The position numbers and the translations under genes were made by a program. DNA of 64,000 nucleotides, from the NCBI GenBank assembly GCA_964291395.2, contig OZ219856.1:704001-768000 (forward strand). Reading direction: 5' to 3'. The notes under the pieces were generated by a model. The model had not been told where the DNA came from. It made no database searches and saw nothing but the letters and a program-made list of their open reading frames with translations. Source of the stretch: Alphaproteobacteria bacterium. GTDB taxonomy: Bacteria > Pseudomonadota > Alphaproteobacteria > UBA2966. Shown here one piece after another: positions 37,023 through 48,183 of the stretch (the stretch's first letter is position 1; each line of letters starts with the position of its first letter).

Positions 37023-39173
37023 ATGATGGAGCAGGTCGAACTCCTCGAACGGGTGCGCGCGTACGACCCACACGCGAGCGAGGATTTGCTGAGCCGCGCC
37101 TATGATTTCTCCGTCGCGGCGCACGGGAGCCAAACTCGCGAGTCGGGGGATCCCTACTATCTGCACCCGGTGGCGGTCGCGGGTATCCTCACCGACATGA
37201 AGCTCGACGCGGACACGATCGCCACGGCGCTTCTTCACGATACGGTGGAAGATACGCTGGCCACGCTCGAACAGATCGAAGGGCAGTTCGGCGCCGACAT
37301 CGCGCGCCTTGTCGACGGCGTAACCAAACTGTCCCTGATCGAGATGCCGCACACGGAAGAGACTCGGCAAGCCGAGAACTTTCGAAAGCTCGTGCTGGCC
37401 ATGTCGAACGACATCCGCGTGCTGCTGGTAAAGCTGGCGGACCGCCTCCACAACATGCGCACCCTGAAGTTCGTCAAGAGCGGCGGGAAGCGGCGGCGTA
37501 TCGCCTTGGAGACGATGGAGATCTACGCTCCGCTCGCCGAGCGGATCGGCATGCATCACATGAAGGACGAACTCGAGGACCTCGCCTTCGCCGAACTCCG
37601 GCCCGAGGCCCGGGAGACGGTCCTGTCGCGCCTCAAGTTCCTGCGAGAGCAGGGCAGCGATTTGGTGCCGCGCATCACGGAGCAGATGCAGGAGACCCTG
37701 GAGGCGGCATCCATCAGAGCGTCGGTGACGGGCCGCGAAAAGCGTCCCTATTCCATCTGGCACAAGATGGAGAGGGATAACGTCAGCTTCGAGCAGCTCT
37801 CCGATATCATGGCGTTTCGGATCGTGGTCGGGAAGGCCGAGGACTGTTATCGGGCTCTTGGTGTCGTTCATGCCCGCTATCCGATGGTACCGGGCCGATT
37901 CAAGGATTACATCTCGACACCGAAGCGGAACAACTATCGCTCGCTTCACACGGCGGTCATCGGTCCGGAGCAAAACCGGGTCGAGATTCAAATCCGTACG
38001 CAGGAGATGCACCAGATCGCGGAATACGGCGTTGCCGCGCATTGGCAATATAAACAGCACGCGGACCATATCGACGGAAATCAATACCGATGGCTCAGGG
38101 AGCTGCGGGAAATTCTCGAGAACGCGTCCAATCCGCAGGAGTTCCTCGAGCACACCAAGCTCGAAATGTTCTCCGATCAGGTATTCTGCTTTTCACCCAA
38201 GGGTGAGCTGATCGCCTTGCCGAGTGGCGCGACGCCCGTCGATTTCGCTTACGCCGTGCACACGGACGTGGGCGACACCTGCGTCGGCGCGCGAATCAAC
38301 GGCAAGTTGGCCCCGTTGCGCTCTCAGCTCAAGAATGGCGATCAGGTTGAGATACTGCGCTCCGCCGATCCGTCGCCGTCCCCCATCTGGGAGAATTTCG
38401 TCATCACCGGAAAGGCTCGCTCGGCGGTCAGGCGGTTCGTGCGAAAACAGCAGCGCTCGCAATACCGGGAGCTCGGCCGCGCCATCGTGAAAAAGGCGGT
38501 TCGCGAGACCAATCGGCGACTGACCAATGAGACCATGAGGCGCGCGCTCAAGTCGCTCGGCCGGAGATCCCTCGAAGACCTGTACATCGCGGTGGGCAGT
38601 GGCGACATCGACAAGGCGACGGTCATCAATGCGATCTACCCCGACCCGACGGTTCGCCAACGGGCGGGTAAGATCCTCTCCCGGATGCGGCCCCGGATCG
38701 GTTCGGCCAAAGACCGGACCGATCCCGTGCCCATACGGGGCTTGATGTCGGGAGTTGCCGTGCACATGGCCGGGTGCTGCCATCCGCTCCCCGGGGAACG
38801 CATCATCGGCATTCTGACCGCCGGCAAAGGCGTGACCGTGCATACGATCGACTGCGAAGCACTGGAACAGTTCAACGACGTGCCCGAGAGATGGCTGGAC
38901 GTCTCTTGGGATGCGAACACGTATCCGCATCAGATGCATGTGGGACGGATCGAAACGGTGCTGTCGAATACGCCGGGAAGTCTCTCGCGGCTGACGACGG
39001 TCATCGCCGACCATCGTGCCAATATCTCGAACCTCAAGATTACGGATCGATCATCCGATTTTTATGAGTTTCTCGTCGATATCGAGGTCAAGGACGTCGC
39101 CCATCTGACCGGTATTCTCGCGGCGCTGCGCGCCGAATCGGCGATCAACTCGGTTGAACGGGTGCGCGGATGA
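37023..39173 (+). CDS. spoT: Bifunctional (p)ppGpp synthetase/hydrolase (Rsh)
   Basis: HD domain LLHDTVED, synthetase YRSLHT/EIQIRT, TGS and ACT domains. Confidence 0.96.
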   Translation: MMEQVELLERVRAYDPHASEDLLSRAYDFSVAAHGSQTRESGDPYYLHPVAVAGILTDMKLDADTIATALLHDTVEDTLATLEQIEGQFGADIARLVDGVTKLSLIEMPHTEETRQAENFRKLVLAMSNDIRVLLVKLADRLHNMRTLKFVKSGGKRRRIALETMEIYAPLAERIGMHHMKDELEDLAFAELRPEARETVLSRLKFLREQGSDLVPRITEQMQETLEAASIRASVTGREKRPYSIWHKMERDNVSFEQLSDIMAFRIVVGKAEDCYRALGVVHARYPMVPGRFKDYISTPKRNNYRSLHTAVIGPEQNRVEIQIRTQEMHQIAEYGVAAHWQYKQHADHIDGNQYRWLRELREILENASNPQEFLEHTKLEMFSDQVFCFSPKGELIALPSGATPVDFAYAVHTDVGDTCVGARINGKLAPLRSQLKNGDQVEILRSADPSPSPIWENFVITGKARSAVRRFVRKQQRSQYRELGRAIVKKAVRETNRRLTNETMRRALKSLGRRSLEDLYIAVGSGDIDKATVINAIYPDPTVRQRAGKILSRMRPRIGSAKDRTDPVPIRGLMSGVAVHMAGCCHPLPGERIIGILTAGKGVTVHTIDCEALEQFNDVPERWLDVSWDANTYPHQMHVGRIETVLSNTPGSLSRLTTVIADHRANISNLKITDRSSDFYEFLVDIEVKDVAHLTGILAALRAESAINSVERVRG

Positions 39174-39246
39174 GGTTTGGAGTTCGCTCGGTGGGTCTTT
39201 GGGGGACCGGTAACATCCCGAATTCAATGGTGACGCAGGCGAATCG

Positions 39247-39825
39247 ATGTTTCGTCGCCGGGTGAGCATGACCTACCTGCAGCGGGCGCGAGAGTTCCTG
39301 TGGCCGCGCATGGGGTGGTTCCGGGTCGGCACCTACCTTCGCCACCGCGTCGGGCGACTCACGGGATCGCCGTATTCGATCGCGGCCGGGCTTGCCTGCG
39401 GTGCCGCCATTTCGTTCACGCCCTTCATCGGCCTTCATTTTGTGTTCGCCGCCCTTGTCGCATGGTTGATCGGCGCCAACGTCATCGCCTCCGCCATCGG
39501 GACGGCCGTCGGCAACCCCTGGACGTTCCCGTTCATCTGGTGGGGCACGCTTCGCCTCGGGGAGCTGATCCTGGGGTCGTCGCGTCTGACCGATGTGCCG
39601 CGGCAGATCAGCCTTCAGTACATCTTCGATCATCCCTTCGCGGTCTTGCTGCCGATGTCCGTCGGTGGCGTGCTCTGCGCCGTCGCGGTGTGGATCGTCG
39701 TCTTTTTTTCCACTCACTACTTTGTCGAACGGTACCAGCGTCTTCGGTCCGAGCGCTTGCGTCGCCGACGGAAGGGAACGTCCCCCGTCTCCGGCCCCGG
39801 CGCCGGGAGAGGGCTGGTTCCGTGA
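39247..39825 (+). CDS. DUF2062 membrane protein
   Basis: SPYSIAAG, FTPFIGLH and VGNPWTFP motifs. Confidence 0.88.
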   Translation: MFRRRVSMTYLQRAREFLWPRMGWFRVGTYLRHRVGRLTGSPYSIAAGLACGAAISFTPFIGLHFVFAALVAWLIGANVIASAIGTAVGNPWTFPFIWWGTLRLGELILGSSRLTDVPRQISLQYIFDHPFAVLLPMSVGGVLCAVAVWIVVFFSTHYFVERYQRLRSERLRRRRKGTSPVSGPGAGRGLVP

Positions 39826-40559
39826 GTACGGGTCCGAGGTTGGGCGTGAATGTCGATCATGTCGCGACTGTCCGGAACGCGAGGGGCATTGACCATCCGG
39901 ATCCCGTCAGGGCGGCCCATCTCGCCGCCAAGGCCGGCGCCGACGGTATTACCGCCCATCTCAGAGAGGATCGGAGACACATCCGGGACGATGACATCGC
40001 TCGGCTGAGCGAGGAACTCGACGTGCCGCTGAATCTCGAAATGGCGGCAACCGACGAAATGGTTGCCGTCGCCCTGAAGTTTCGGCCCCATGCCGCGTGT
40101 ATCGTTCCCGAGAAACGGGAGGAGTTGACGACCGAAGGTGGTCTCGACGTGGTGGGCTCGAGCGATCGCCTTGGGGCGATCGTTCCACGGCTGTTGGAGG
40201 CGGGTTGCCGCGTGTCGCTGTTCGTCGATCCGGACAGGCGGCAACTCGACGCGGCGGTCGCGGTCGATGCGCCCGTGGTCGAGCTGCACACGGGAACGTA
40301 CTGCGAGGCCGCGGGTTCCGAGCGCGAAGCTGAGCTGTGGCGACTGAAGGACGCCGCGGCGCATGCCGAGGAGATCGGTCTCGAATGTCATGCAGGCCAC
40401 GGGTTGAGTTTCGAGACCGTGGGCGCCGTCGCCGCCATCCCAACCATCGCGGAGCTCAATATCGGTCACTTTCTCATGGGGGAAGCCATGTTCAGAGGAC
40501 TGGAAGGCGCGATTCGCCACATGCGTGTGCTCATGGACGAGGCGAGGGCCTCGTCGTAA
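39822..40559 (+). CDS. pdxJ: Pyridoxine 5-phosphate synthase
   Basis: LGVNVDHVAT, HLREDRRHI, HAGHGL and ELNIGH motifs. Confidence 0.97.
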   Translation: MSTGPRLGVNVDHVATVRNARGIDHPDPVRAAHLAAKAGADGITAHLREDRRHIRDDDIARLSEELDVPLNLEMAATDEMVAVALKFRPHAACIVPEKREELTTEGGLDVVGSSDRLGAIVPRLLEAGCRVSLFVDPDRRQLDAAVAVDAPVVELHTGTYCEAAGSEREAELWRLKDAAAHAEEIGLECHAGHGLSFETVGAVAAIPTIAELNIGHFLMGEAMFRGLEGAIRHMRVLMDEARASS

Positions 40560-40574
40560 CGGGGGAACAGTGTC

Positions 40575-40985
40575 TTGAAGGTGATCGGGATGGGCAGCGA
40601 CCTCATCGACATCCGGCGCATCGAGAGAACCCTCGACCGCTTCGGAGAGCGCTTCGTCAAACGGCTTTTCACCGAATTCGAGCGCTCGAAATCGGAAGGC
40701 CACGCGGACCGGGCGGCCTCGTATGCACGCCGGTTTGCCGCCAAGGAAGCTTGTGCCAAAGCACTCGGGACCGGGTTTCGGCAGGGCGTCTACTGGCGCG
40801 ACCTGGGGGTTTACAACCTTCCCTCCGGCAAGCCCATGCTCGAACTTACCGGAGGCGCCCGGACCCGGCTCGAAGAACTCACGCCGGACGGCATGCGCGC
40901 GGATATCGAGCTTACGCTCACGGACGAGCCCCCACTCGCTCAGGCGATCGTCCTGATCTCCGCTCTCCCGGTCGAGGCCCCGTGA
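40575..40985 (+). CDS. acpS: Holo-ACP synthase
   Basis: [10 protein letters not shown] and [15 protein letters not shown] motifs. Confidence 0.96.
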   Translation: MKVIGMGSDLIDIRRIERTLDRFGERFVKRLFTEFERSKSEGHADRAASYARRFAAKEACAKALGTGFRQGVYWRDLGVYNLPSGKPMLELTGGARTRLEELTPDGMRADIELTLTDEPPLAQAIVLISALPVEAP

Positions 40986-41055
40986 TCGGCCACATGTTCC
41001 GCACTGGTGGCGGTCGGCTCGTTTCCGGACTCTGGGAATCGCCAGTTCTCTTACG

Positions 41056-41826
41056 ATGTCACGGGCGGGAAGCACGCCGGTGAGCGGAGAGAAAGCGAAA
41101 GGCGGAATCGGCGAGACGGTCCGCACGATCATCTATGCCGTGTTGATCGCAGGAGTCATACGGACGCTCGCCTTCGAGCCGTTCAACATTCCATCGGAAT
41201 CGATGCTTCCCACCCTGTTGGTCGGGGACTACCTGTTCGTTTCCAAGTACGCCTACGGGTACAGCAGGCATTCGTTGCCGTGGAGCCCGCCGCTATTTTC
41301 AGGTCGGATCGCCGACTCCACACCCGAGCGTGGAGACATCGCGGTGTTCAAGCTCCCGCGGGACAATGCCACGGATTACATCAAGCGGATCATCGGATTG
41401 CCCGGCGACCGGATTCAAATGAGGGAAGGCCGGCTGTATCTGAACGGCGAACTTGTGGCGCGAACGCGCATCGGTGACTTCGCCTACGCCGACGGCTTCG
41501 GGAACGTCTACTTCGTGCCTCAATACGAAGAGAGGTTGCCCAATGGAGCCACCTACAAGACCTTGGATCTGCTGCGAAATAGTGTCCACGACGACACCGA
41601 GGAATACTTGGTGCCGCCGGGCCACTACTTCACGATGGGCGACAATCGCGACAATTCCCTGGATAGCCGGGTCGAATCGGCCGTGGGATTGGTCCCGGCG
41701 GAGAACCTCGTCGGCCGGGCGGAGATTCTGTTTTTCTCCACAGACGGTTCCGCGCGGTGGTGGGAGGTCTGGAACTGGCCGTTCGCCGTCAGGTACTCGC
41801 GTCTGTTCGACGGCCTCCGAAGCTAG
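41056..41826 (+). CDS. lepB: Signal peptidase I
   Basis: IPSESMLPTL, YIKRIIGLPGD and GDNRDNS motifs. Confidence 0.96.
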   Translation: MSRAGSTPVSGEKAKGGIGETVRTIIYAVLIAGVIRTLAFEPFNIPSESMLPTLLVGDYLFVSKYAYGYSRHSLPWSPPLFSGRIADSTPERGDIAVFKLPRDNATDYIKRIIGLPGDRIQMREGRLYLNGELVARTRIGDFAYADGFGNVYFVPQYEERLPNGATYKTLDLLRNSVHDDTEEYLVPPGHYFTMGDNRDNSLDSRVESAVGLVPAENLVGRAEILFFSTDGSARWWEVWNWPFAVRYSRLFDGLRS

Positions 41827-41832
41827 GCCGGC

Positions 41833-42546
41833 ATGCCGCCATCTCGCACCGGGCTCGGCAGGTTACTCGGTCACGAGTTCAAACGGACCAAACTGCTCGA
41901 CGAAGCCTTGACGCACCCGAGCGCCGTCAAGGGTGGCCGCCGGTCCGGTCGACGTCGACGCGACTACGAGCGCCTGGAATTCCTTGGAGACCGGGTCCTG
42001 GGCCTTGTCATCGCCGACGAACTGCTCGCGCGCTTCGAAGATGCAGACGCGGGACAACTCGCGCATCGGTACAATGCATTGGTAAGACGGGAGACCCTGG
42101 CCGGTGTTGCTCGGGAAATGAATCTCGGTGCTTATTTGGACCTAGCCAAGGGCGAACGCGGCGCGGGCGGCGCGGACAAGCCGGCCATCTTGGCGAATGC
42201 CTGCGAAGCCATCATCGGCGCCCTGTACCTCGATGGCGGCTTGGAAGCGGCGGCTCAATTCATTCATCGTTACTGGGACGACAAGGCCGATGCGCTCGTC
42301 CGGGCACCGAAGGACGCCAAGACGCAGTTGCAGGAGTGGGCCCACTCCATGGGTCTGGAGCCGCCCACCTACAACCTCGTCACTCGCGAAGGCGCTGCCC
42401 ACGACCCGACGTTCACGATCGAAGCGTCCGTGCAAGGGCATTCGGTGCGATGGGGACGAGGCAGCTCGAAGCGCGATGCGGAGCAGGTTGCCGCGGCTGC
42501 GCTGCTCGCGGAAATCGAGCGCCATGCGCTCTCGAACGGCGATTGA
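41833..42546 (+). CDS. rnc: Ribonuclease III
   Basis: ERLEFLGD motif; C-terminal dsRBD. Confidence 0.96.
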   Translation: MPPSRTGLGRLLGHEFKRTKLLDEALTHPSAVKGGRRSGRRRRDYERLEFLGDRVLGLVIADELLARFEDADAGQLAHRYNALVRRETLAGVAREMNLGAYLDLAKGERGAGGADKPAILANACEAIIGALYLDGGLEAAAQFIHRYWDDKADALVRAPKDAKTQLQEWAHSMGLEPPTYNLVTREGAAHDPTFTIEASVQGHSVRWGRGSSKRDAEQVAAAALLAEIERHALSNGD

Positions 42547-42550
42547 CGAC

Positions 42551-43483
42551 ATGGCACGGGAACCGGAAGGGCATACGTGCGCGGATGCGCGCTGCGGCGT
42601 GATCGCGCTCGTAGGCGCACCCAATGCCGGAAAGTCCACATTGTTGAACGCATTCGTCGGGACGAAGGTATCGATCGTCACACCCAAGGTTCAAACGACG
42701 CGGGCGCGGGTTATCGGGGTTGCCGTCGAGGGATACGCTCAGTTCATATTTGTCGACACCCCCGGGATCTTCTTTCCCCGTCGTCGCCTCGAGCGGGCGA
42801 TGGTGGATGCGGCGTGGTCCGGTGCCCATGACGCGGACGCGGTCGTGCTCCTCGTCGATTCCCGTCGGCCGACGGACACGGACGACGACGACACGGCGCG
42901 GATCGTCAGAGGACTGGCCGAGGCGGATTTGACGACGGTACTCGCCCTGAACAAGATCGATCTCGTTGAGAAGAGCAAGCTGCTTGCCCTGAGCGGTGCT
43001 TTAAACGGATCCGGCGCGTTTCGCGAAACCTTCATGATCTCCGCACAGTCCGGAGACGGCGTGGGAGACTTGCGAAATTTCCTCACCGAGACCTTGCCCG
43101 AAGGTCCCTGGTTGTACCCGGAGGATCAGGTCGCCGTCATGCCCATGCGGTTGCTGGCCGCCGAGACGACGCGGGAAAAGCTGTTCATGCAGCTTCACCA
43201 GGAACTCCCATACCACCTCACGGTGGAGACGGAGGGTTGGGAAGAACGCCCCGATGGCAGCGTGAAGATCGATCAGGTGATCTACGTGTCGCGCAACACC
43301 CACAAAGGAATCGTGCTGGGAAAGGGTGGGAAATTGATCAGGTCGGTGGGGTCGGCGTCGCGCATCGAGCTCGAAAATGCCATGCAACGTCGGGTCCATC
43401 TGTTCCTTCACGTGAAGGTGCGGGAGGGCTGGCTCGACGAACCAGCCCGGTATCAGGAAATGGGCCTGGAGTTTCCCCGTTAA
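42551..43483 (+). CDS. era: GTPase Era
   Basis: GAPNAGKST, QTTR, DTPG, NKID and KH-domain LGKGG motifs. Confidence 0.96.
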   Translation: MAREPEGHTCADARCGVIALVGAPNAGKSTLLNAFVGTKVSIVTPKVQTTRARVIGVAVEGYAQFIFVDTPGIFFPRRRLERAMVDAAWSGAHDADAVVLLVDSRRPTDTDDDDTARIVRGLAEADLTTVLALNKIDLVEKSKLLALSGALNGSGAFRETFMISAQSGDGVGDLRNFLTETLPEGPWLYPEDQVAVMPMRLLAAETTREKLFMQLHQELPYHLTVETEGWEERPDGSVKIDQVIYVSRNTHKGIVLGKGGKLIRSVGSASRIELENAMQRRVHLFLHVKVREGWLDEPARYQEMGLEFPR

Positions 43484-43498
43484 GCAGGTGTTGGCTCG

Positions 43499-44281
43499 AT
43501 GGATTGGACCGACGAAGGGATCGTTCTATCCGTACGCAAGCACGGCGAATCATCCGCTATCGCGCAGCTGCTGACTAGACGTCGGGGCCGCCACGCAGGC
43601 CTCGTTCGCGGCGGTGCCGGACGAAAGATCCGCGGTGTGCTCCAGCCGGGCAATCAGGTCACCGCGAGCTGGCGCGCCCGGCTTGCGGAACATCTCGGAA
43701 CCCTGACCGTTGAGCCCGTGCGTGCACGCGCCGCAAATCTTCTCTCCGACTCGAATCGACTGGCGGGCCTCAGCGCCGCCTGTGCGGTCGCGGAGGTCGC
43801 CCTGCCCGAGCGTGAACCCCATCCGGGCGCTTACGAGGGGATGCTGACTCTGCTCGACGAACTCGAGCAGAGCGACTCCTGGCCGCTCATCTATGTTCGG
43901 TGGGAGGTGGGACTGCTGGCCGAACTGGGATTCGGGCTGGATCTCGGGTCGTGCGCGCGGACGGGCGTAGAGACGGGATTGGCGTACCTCTCCCCCCGAA
44001 GTGGGCGTGCCGTCAGCGAGGCGGCAGCCGGGGAGTATCGTGACCGTTTGCTGCCCTTGCCCGCGTTCCTCGTTGCGAACGGGCGGGGTGCAGGTCACGC
44101 GGTGCCTGCAACGCCCGAAGACTTGCGGGACGCGACTACGGATGGATTGGCGTTGACAGGCCATTTCCTGGAACGCCACGTTCTCGGCAATCGAGGTGGC
44201 GCGCTTCCGCCCGCTAGGACGCGACTGGTAGAACGATTTTCTCGCAGAACCACAATATCTAGTGATATATCAGTGCAATGA
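43499..44281 (+). CDS. recO: DNA repair protein RecO
   Basis: [20 protein letters not shown] and LGFGLDL motifs; follows era. Confidence 0.95.
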   Translation: MDWTDEGIVLSVRKHGESSAIAQLLTRRRGRHAGLVRGGAGRKIRGVLQPGNQVTASWRARLAEHLGTLTVEPVRARAANLLSDSNRLAGLSAACAVAEVALPEREPHPGAYEGMLTLLDELEQSDSWPLIYVRWEVGLLAELGFGLDLGSCARTGVETGLAYLSPRSGRAVSEAAAGEYRDRLLPLPAFLVANGRGAGHAVPATPEDLRDATTDGLALTGHFLERHVLGNRGGALPPARTRLVERFSRRTTISSDISVQ

Positions 44282-46506
44282 CTGTTGCTTCACCCGTGGA
44301 AGACATTCGTGATACCGCTCTCACCGATGCATTGAGCGAGCGATATCTCGCCTATGCGCTCTCGACCATTACCGCCCGGTCCCTGCCGGACGTGCGCGAT
44401 GGCCTGAAGCCCGTTCATCGCCGACTTCTGTATGCGATGCGGCAGCTCAGGCTCAACCCCGATCAGGGTTTCAAGAAATGCGCCCGCGTCGTGGGCGACG
44501 TCATCGGCAAGTTTCATCCCCACGGCGATCAGGCCGTTTACGATGCGCTCGTCCGCCTTGCCCAGTCGTTCGCCGCGCGCTACCCGCTCGTCGACGGCCA
44601 GGGGAACTTCGGCAACGTCGACGGCGACAACGCCGCGGCGATGCGTTACACCGAAGCGCGTCTCACCGGCGTCGCTGAGGCGCTGCTCGATGGAATCGAC
44701 GAAGACACGGTCGACTTTCGGGATACTTATGACGGCGAGGAGAGCGAGCCGGTAGTCTTGCCGGCGGCATTTCCGAATCTGTTGGCCAACGGCGCCAGCG
44801 GGATCGCCGTCGGCATGGCGACGAACATTCCGCCGCACAATGCCGGCGAACTTTGCGACGCGCTGCTGCATCTCATCAAATACCCCAAGGCGCGTGCCGT
44901 GAAGCTGGTCGAATTGGTGCCGGGCCCGGATTTTCCTACCGGCGGAGTTCTCGTCGAACCGGTCGAGAACGTCATCGAGGCCTACGCCACGGGACGTGGC
45001 AGCTTTCGGCTCCGGGCAAGGTGGGAAAAGGAGAAGCAGGGCCACGGTCAGTACCGGATAGTCGTGACCGAGATCCCGTACCAAGTGCAGAAAGCGCGGT
45101 TGGTCGAGAAGGTCGCGGAGCTCGTCGAGTCGCGAAAACTGGCCATGCTGGCGGATATCCGCGACGAGTCGGCGGACGAGGTGCGGATAGTGCTCGAGCC
45201 GAAGAGCCGTTCGGTAGATGCGGCCATGCTCATGGAGACGCTTTACCGGCTGACCGATTTGGAGGTGCGGATCCCCCTCAACCTCAACGTCCTCGATGCC
45301 GGCAACACGCCGAGGGTCATGGGATTGCGCGAAGCGCTTTTGGCGTTTCTGGAGCATCGGCTGGATGTGCTCGTGCGGCGTACCCGTCATCGCCTGGACC
45401 GGACGGAACGGCGTCTCGAGGTCCTGGAAGGCTATCTCGTCGCTTTTCTTGATCTCGATGAGGTGATTCGCGTCATCCGCGAGGAAGACGATCCCAAGCC
45501 GGCGCTGATGAGGGCCTTCGAGCTGTCGGACATGCAGGCCGAAGCCATTCTCAACCTGCGTCTGCGGGCCTTGCGACGCCTCGAGGAGGAAGGCATCCGG
45601 CGGGAGCACGCCGACCTGACCGAAGAACGCGAGAAACTCGGAGCGTTGCTCGGGGACGAGGAAAAGCGCTCGTCGGCCCTCGCGGCGGAAGTCCGGGCCA
45701 TTCGTGAGCGATTCGGCGGAAAAACCGAGTTGGGCCGCCGCCGAACCGAGATCGGCTCATCCCCGACCACGACCGTCGTGCCCTTCGAGGCGATGGTCGA
45801 AAAGGAAGCCGTCACGGTGATCTGTTCCGAGAAAGGCTGGATTCGGGCGATCAAGGGCCACGTCGATCCGAACGGCGACACCCGCTACAAAGAAGGCGAT
45901 CGTGGCCGTTTCTGGCTGCATGCGGACACGACCGACAAGCTTGTGCTGTTCGGGACGAACGGCCGCTTCTACACCATCCCCTGCGACAGGATTCCACGGG
46001 GACGCGGCCATGGAGATCCGGTGCGCCTCATGGTCGAATTGGGCACCGAAGATGACATCGTTCGGCTGCTGGTTCACGAAGAAGGACGGACCTTGCTGGT
46101 CGCGTCGAGCGACGGCCGCGGTTTCCTCGTCAAGGAGGACCAGGTCATCGCCCAAACCCGCGGCGGAAAACAAGTGCTGAACGTCGGCGGTGGCGTGGAG
46201 GCACAGGTCTGCGCCGTGGTGTCGGAGAGCGCGGACTCCATCGCCGTCGTGGGAGAAAACCGGAAGTTGGTGGTGTTTCCCATCTCTGAACTGCCGACCA
46301 TGACCCGGGGACGCGGCGTCCTGCTCCAACGCTACAAGGACGGAGGCCTGTCCGACGCCGTCGCGTTCAATCTTGCCGAAGGTCTCTCCTGGCGGTCCGG
46401 CGATCGGACACGGACCGAGACGGATGTCGTGCCATGGACGGGTAAGCGCGCGCAGGCCGGCCGCCTCGCGCCCAGGGGCTTCCCGAGATCGAACCGGTTC
46501 GCCTGA
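44278..46506 (+). CDS. parC: DNA topoisomerase IV subunit A
   Basis: [14 protein letters not shown] and AAMRYTE motifs; 742 aa with no GyrA box. Confidence 0.95.
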   Translation: MTVASPVEDIRDTALTDALSERYLAYALSTITARSLPDVRDGLKPVHRRLLYAMRQLRLNPDQGFKKCARVVGDVIGKFHPHGDQAVYDALVRLAQSFAARYPLVDGQGNFGNVDGDNAAAMRYTEARLTGVAEALLDGIDEDTVDFRDTYDGEESEPVVLPAAFPNLLANGASGIAVGMATNIPPHNAGELCDALLHLIKYPKARAVKLVELVPGPDFPTGGVLVEPVENVIEAYATGRGSFRLRARWEKEKQGHGQYRIVVTEIPYQVQKARLVEKVAELVESRKLAMLADIRDESADEVRIVLEPKSRSVDAAMLMETLYRLTDLEVRIPLNLNVLDAGNTPRVMGLREALLAFLEHRLDVLVRRTRHRLDRTERRLEVLEGYLVAFLDLDEVIRVIREEDDPKPALMRAFELSDMQAEAILNLRLRALRRLEEEGIRREHADLTEEREKLGALLGDEEKRSSALAAEVRAIRERFGGKTELGRRRTEIGSSPTTTVVPFEAMVEKEAVTVICSEKGWIRAIKGHVDPNGDTRYKEGDRGRFWLHADTTDKLVLFGTNGRFYTIPCDRIPRGRGHGDPVRLMVELGTEDDIVRLLVHEEGRTLLVASSDGRGFLVKEDQVIAQTRGGKQVLNVGGGVEAQVCAVVSESADSIAVVGENRKLVVFPISELPTMTRGRGVLLQRYKDGGLSDAVAFNLAEGLSWRSGDRTRTETDVVPWTGKRAQAGRLAPRGFPRSNRFA

Positions 46507-46570
46507 CCCGAGACCCGGCGGGACACTCGCGGCCCCATGGGGCGCAGGCGCCCGCCATGGAGACGCGTAC

Positions 46571-47035
46571 GGGCGGGGTGCCGTGCAGCGCGAACTCGCA
46601 AAGCTCGCCGGGAGCGGCATCGCGGCCGTGTCCCAGGTTGGCAACCGAAAATACTATCGGGCGAACCCCGATTCGCCTCTCTTCGATGAGATTTGCGGCA
46701 TCGTTCGCAAGACCTTCGGCGTGGAAGAGTCCGTTCGCGACGCGCTCGCGCCGGTGGCGGACAGGCTGACGCTTGCCGTGCTCTTCGGATCGGTTGCCCG
46801 GGGAACCGACACCGCGGCAAGCGATATCGATCTGTTGCTGGTTTCGGACGATCTGACGTTGGAGGCGGTCTACGGCGCTCTGGCGCCGGCCGAGAAGTTG
46901 CTCGGTCGCCGCGTCAACCCGACGCTCTACACGTCGGACGAATTCAGGCGCCGGCGCGTGGAAAAGTCCGGATTCGTGACGCGGGTGCTCGAAGTGCCGC
47001 ATGCCATTCTGATGGGCAGCCTCGATGGGGGATGA
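46571..47035 (+). pseudogene. HTH plus minimal nucleotidyltransferase (MNT) antitoxin, 5-prime truncated
   Basis: GAVQRELAKL...GNRKYYRAN wHTH tail and LFGSVARG...SDIDL motif; no in-frame start for the HTH. Confidence 0.75.
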
Positions 47036-47189
47036 ACACCTGGACAATCTGGTGAGAGCGGGCGGTCTCAAGAGCGAGGCCGCGACCGAGGTCGATGAGA
47101 GCTTGGTGGAGGCACTGATCCGGGCGACGGAAGAGGTCGCCGTGCGCCTCCAGGACATGCTGGCGGGAAGCATGCCGGACGCGGAATAG
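47025..47189 (+). pseudogene. HEPN-type partner with apparent in-frame internal deletion
   Basis: MGDEHLDNLVRAGGLKSEAAT is joined directly to EVDESLVEALIRATEEVA; only 54 aa, with no Rx4-6H/Y core. Confidence 0.6.
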
Positions 47190-47316
47190 TCCGTTCGGAA
47201 CAGCGGTGCGGTGGCGGGGCGGACGGTTCTCGGTTCCTGGTATTGACCAGCCGGATCAGCGAGCGGCTCTCGGGTTAGCGTGCCTATCGGCATCCGATCA
47301 ACACGCCGATCAACAA

Positions 47317-48039
47317 TCACTCCCTCAGCAGAACCCAGCCTTCGGCTCTGAGCGCCTCGATGGGCTTGAACCTCGTCTTGTAGGCCATCTTCTCGCTTTC
47401 GGAGATCCAGTACCCGAGATAGACGTAGTCGAGGCTCAATTCCGCCGCCCGCCGAATGTGCCACAGGATAATCGCGGAGCCGAGGCTCAGGCGATGAAGG
47501 TCGGGACGGACGAAGCTGTAGACCATCGACAGTCCGTCCGCCAGGACGTCGGTCAGGCAGGCGCCGCCGAGCTGTCCGTCGGGTTCCCGGAATTCGACCA
47601 TCGAGGTGACGACGGGCGTTTCCTCGACCATGGCCCGGTACTCGTCGAAATCCATGTCCATCATGCCGCCGTCCGGGTGTCGCCACGACAGATACCGGCG
47701 GAACAGCCGGAACTGCTCGGCGGTGGCCGTCGGCGGCCGCTCGCTGACCTCGAGATGCGCGGACTTGGCGGCGATGCGCCGCATCCATTTCTTGGGCCGA
47801 AATTCTCCCGCTAGTACGCGAACGGGCACGCAGGCCGTGCAGCCGTCGCACAGGGGACGGTAGACGATACCCTGGCTTCGACGAAAACCCGCCACCGCCA
47901 GAGCGTCGTGAAGCTGCTCGGCATCTTCACCCCAAAGCTCCGTGAATACCTTCCGCTCGAGTTTGCCCGGCAGATAAGGGCATGGCATTCGCGGCGTGGC
48001 GAAGAATTTCTTCTCGTGAGGATCGACGGACAGATTCAT
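47317..48039 (-). CDS. bpt: Aspartate/glutamate leucyltransferase (arginyltransferase-like, Bpt/Ate)
   Basis: PCPYLPG, GFRRSQ, CDGCTAC, GLSMVYSF and YLGYWI motifs. Confidence 0.92.
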   Translation of the reverse strand: MNLSVDPHEKKFFATPRMPCPYLPGKLERKVFTELWGEDAEQLHDALAVAGFRRSQGIVYRPLCDGCTACVPVRVLAGEFRPKKWMRRIAAKSAHLEVSERPPTATAEQFRLFRRYLSWRHPDGGMMDMDFDEYRAMVEETPVVTSMVEFREPDGQLGGACLTDVLADGLSMVYSFVRPDLHRLSLGSAIILWHIRRAAELSLDYVYLGYWISESEKMAYKTRFKPIEALRAEGWVLLRE

Positions 48040-48183
48040 CCCGGGGGCCGTTGATGCGTCTCGCTCAAGAGGTTGCGGCTCACGATCATAAGCGTTTCGT
48101 CCGTCACGTGCATGCGATCACGCTTTCCATATTACGGACGCCTTTCGGACGTTTTTCAGGGAAACGGACACGCAGACCTTTGG

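Noticed and set aside
32885-46506. dapA to parC block
   Set aside because: Conventional alphaproteobacterial housekeeping synteny; nothing unusual seen.
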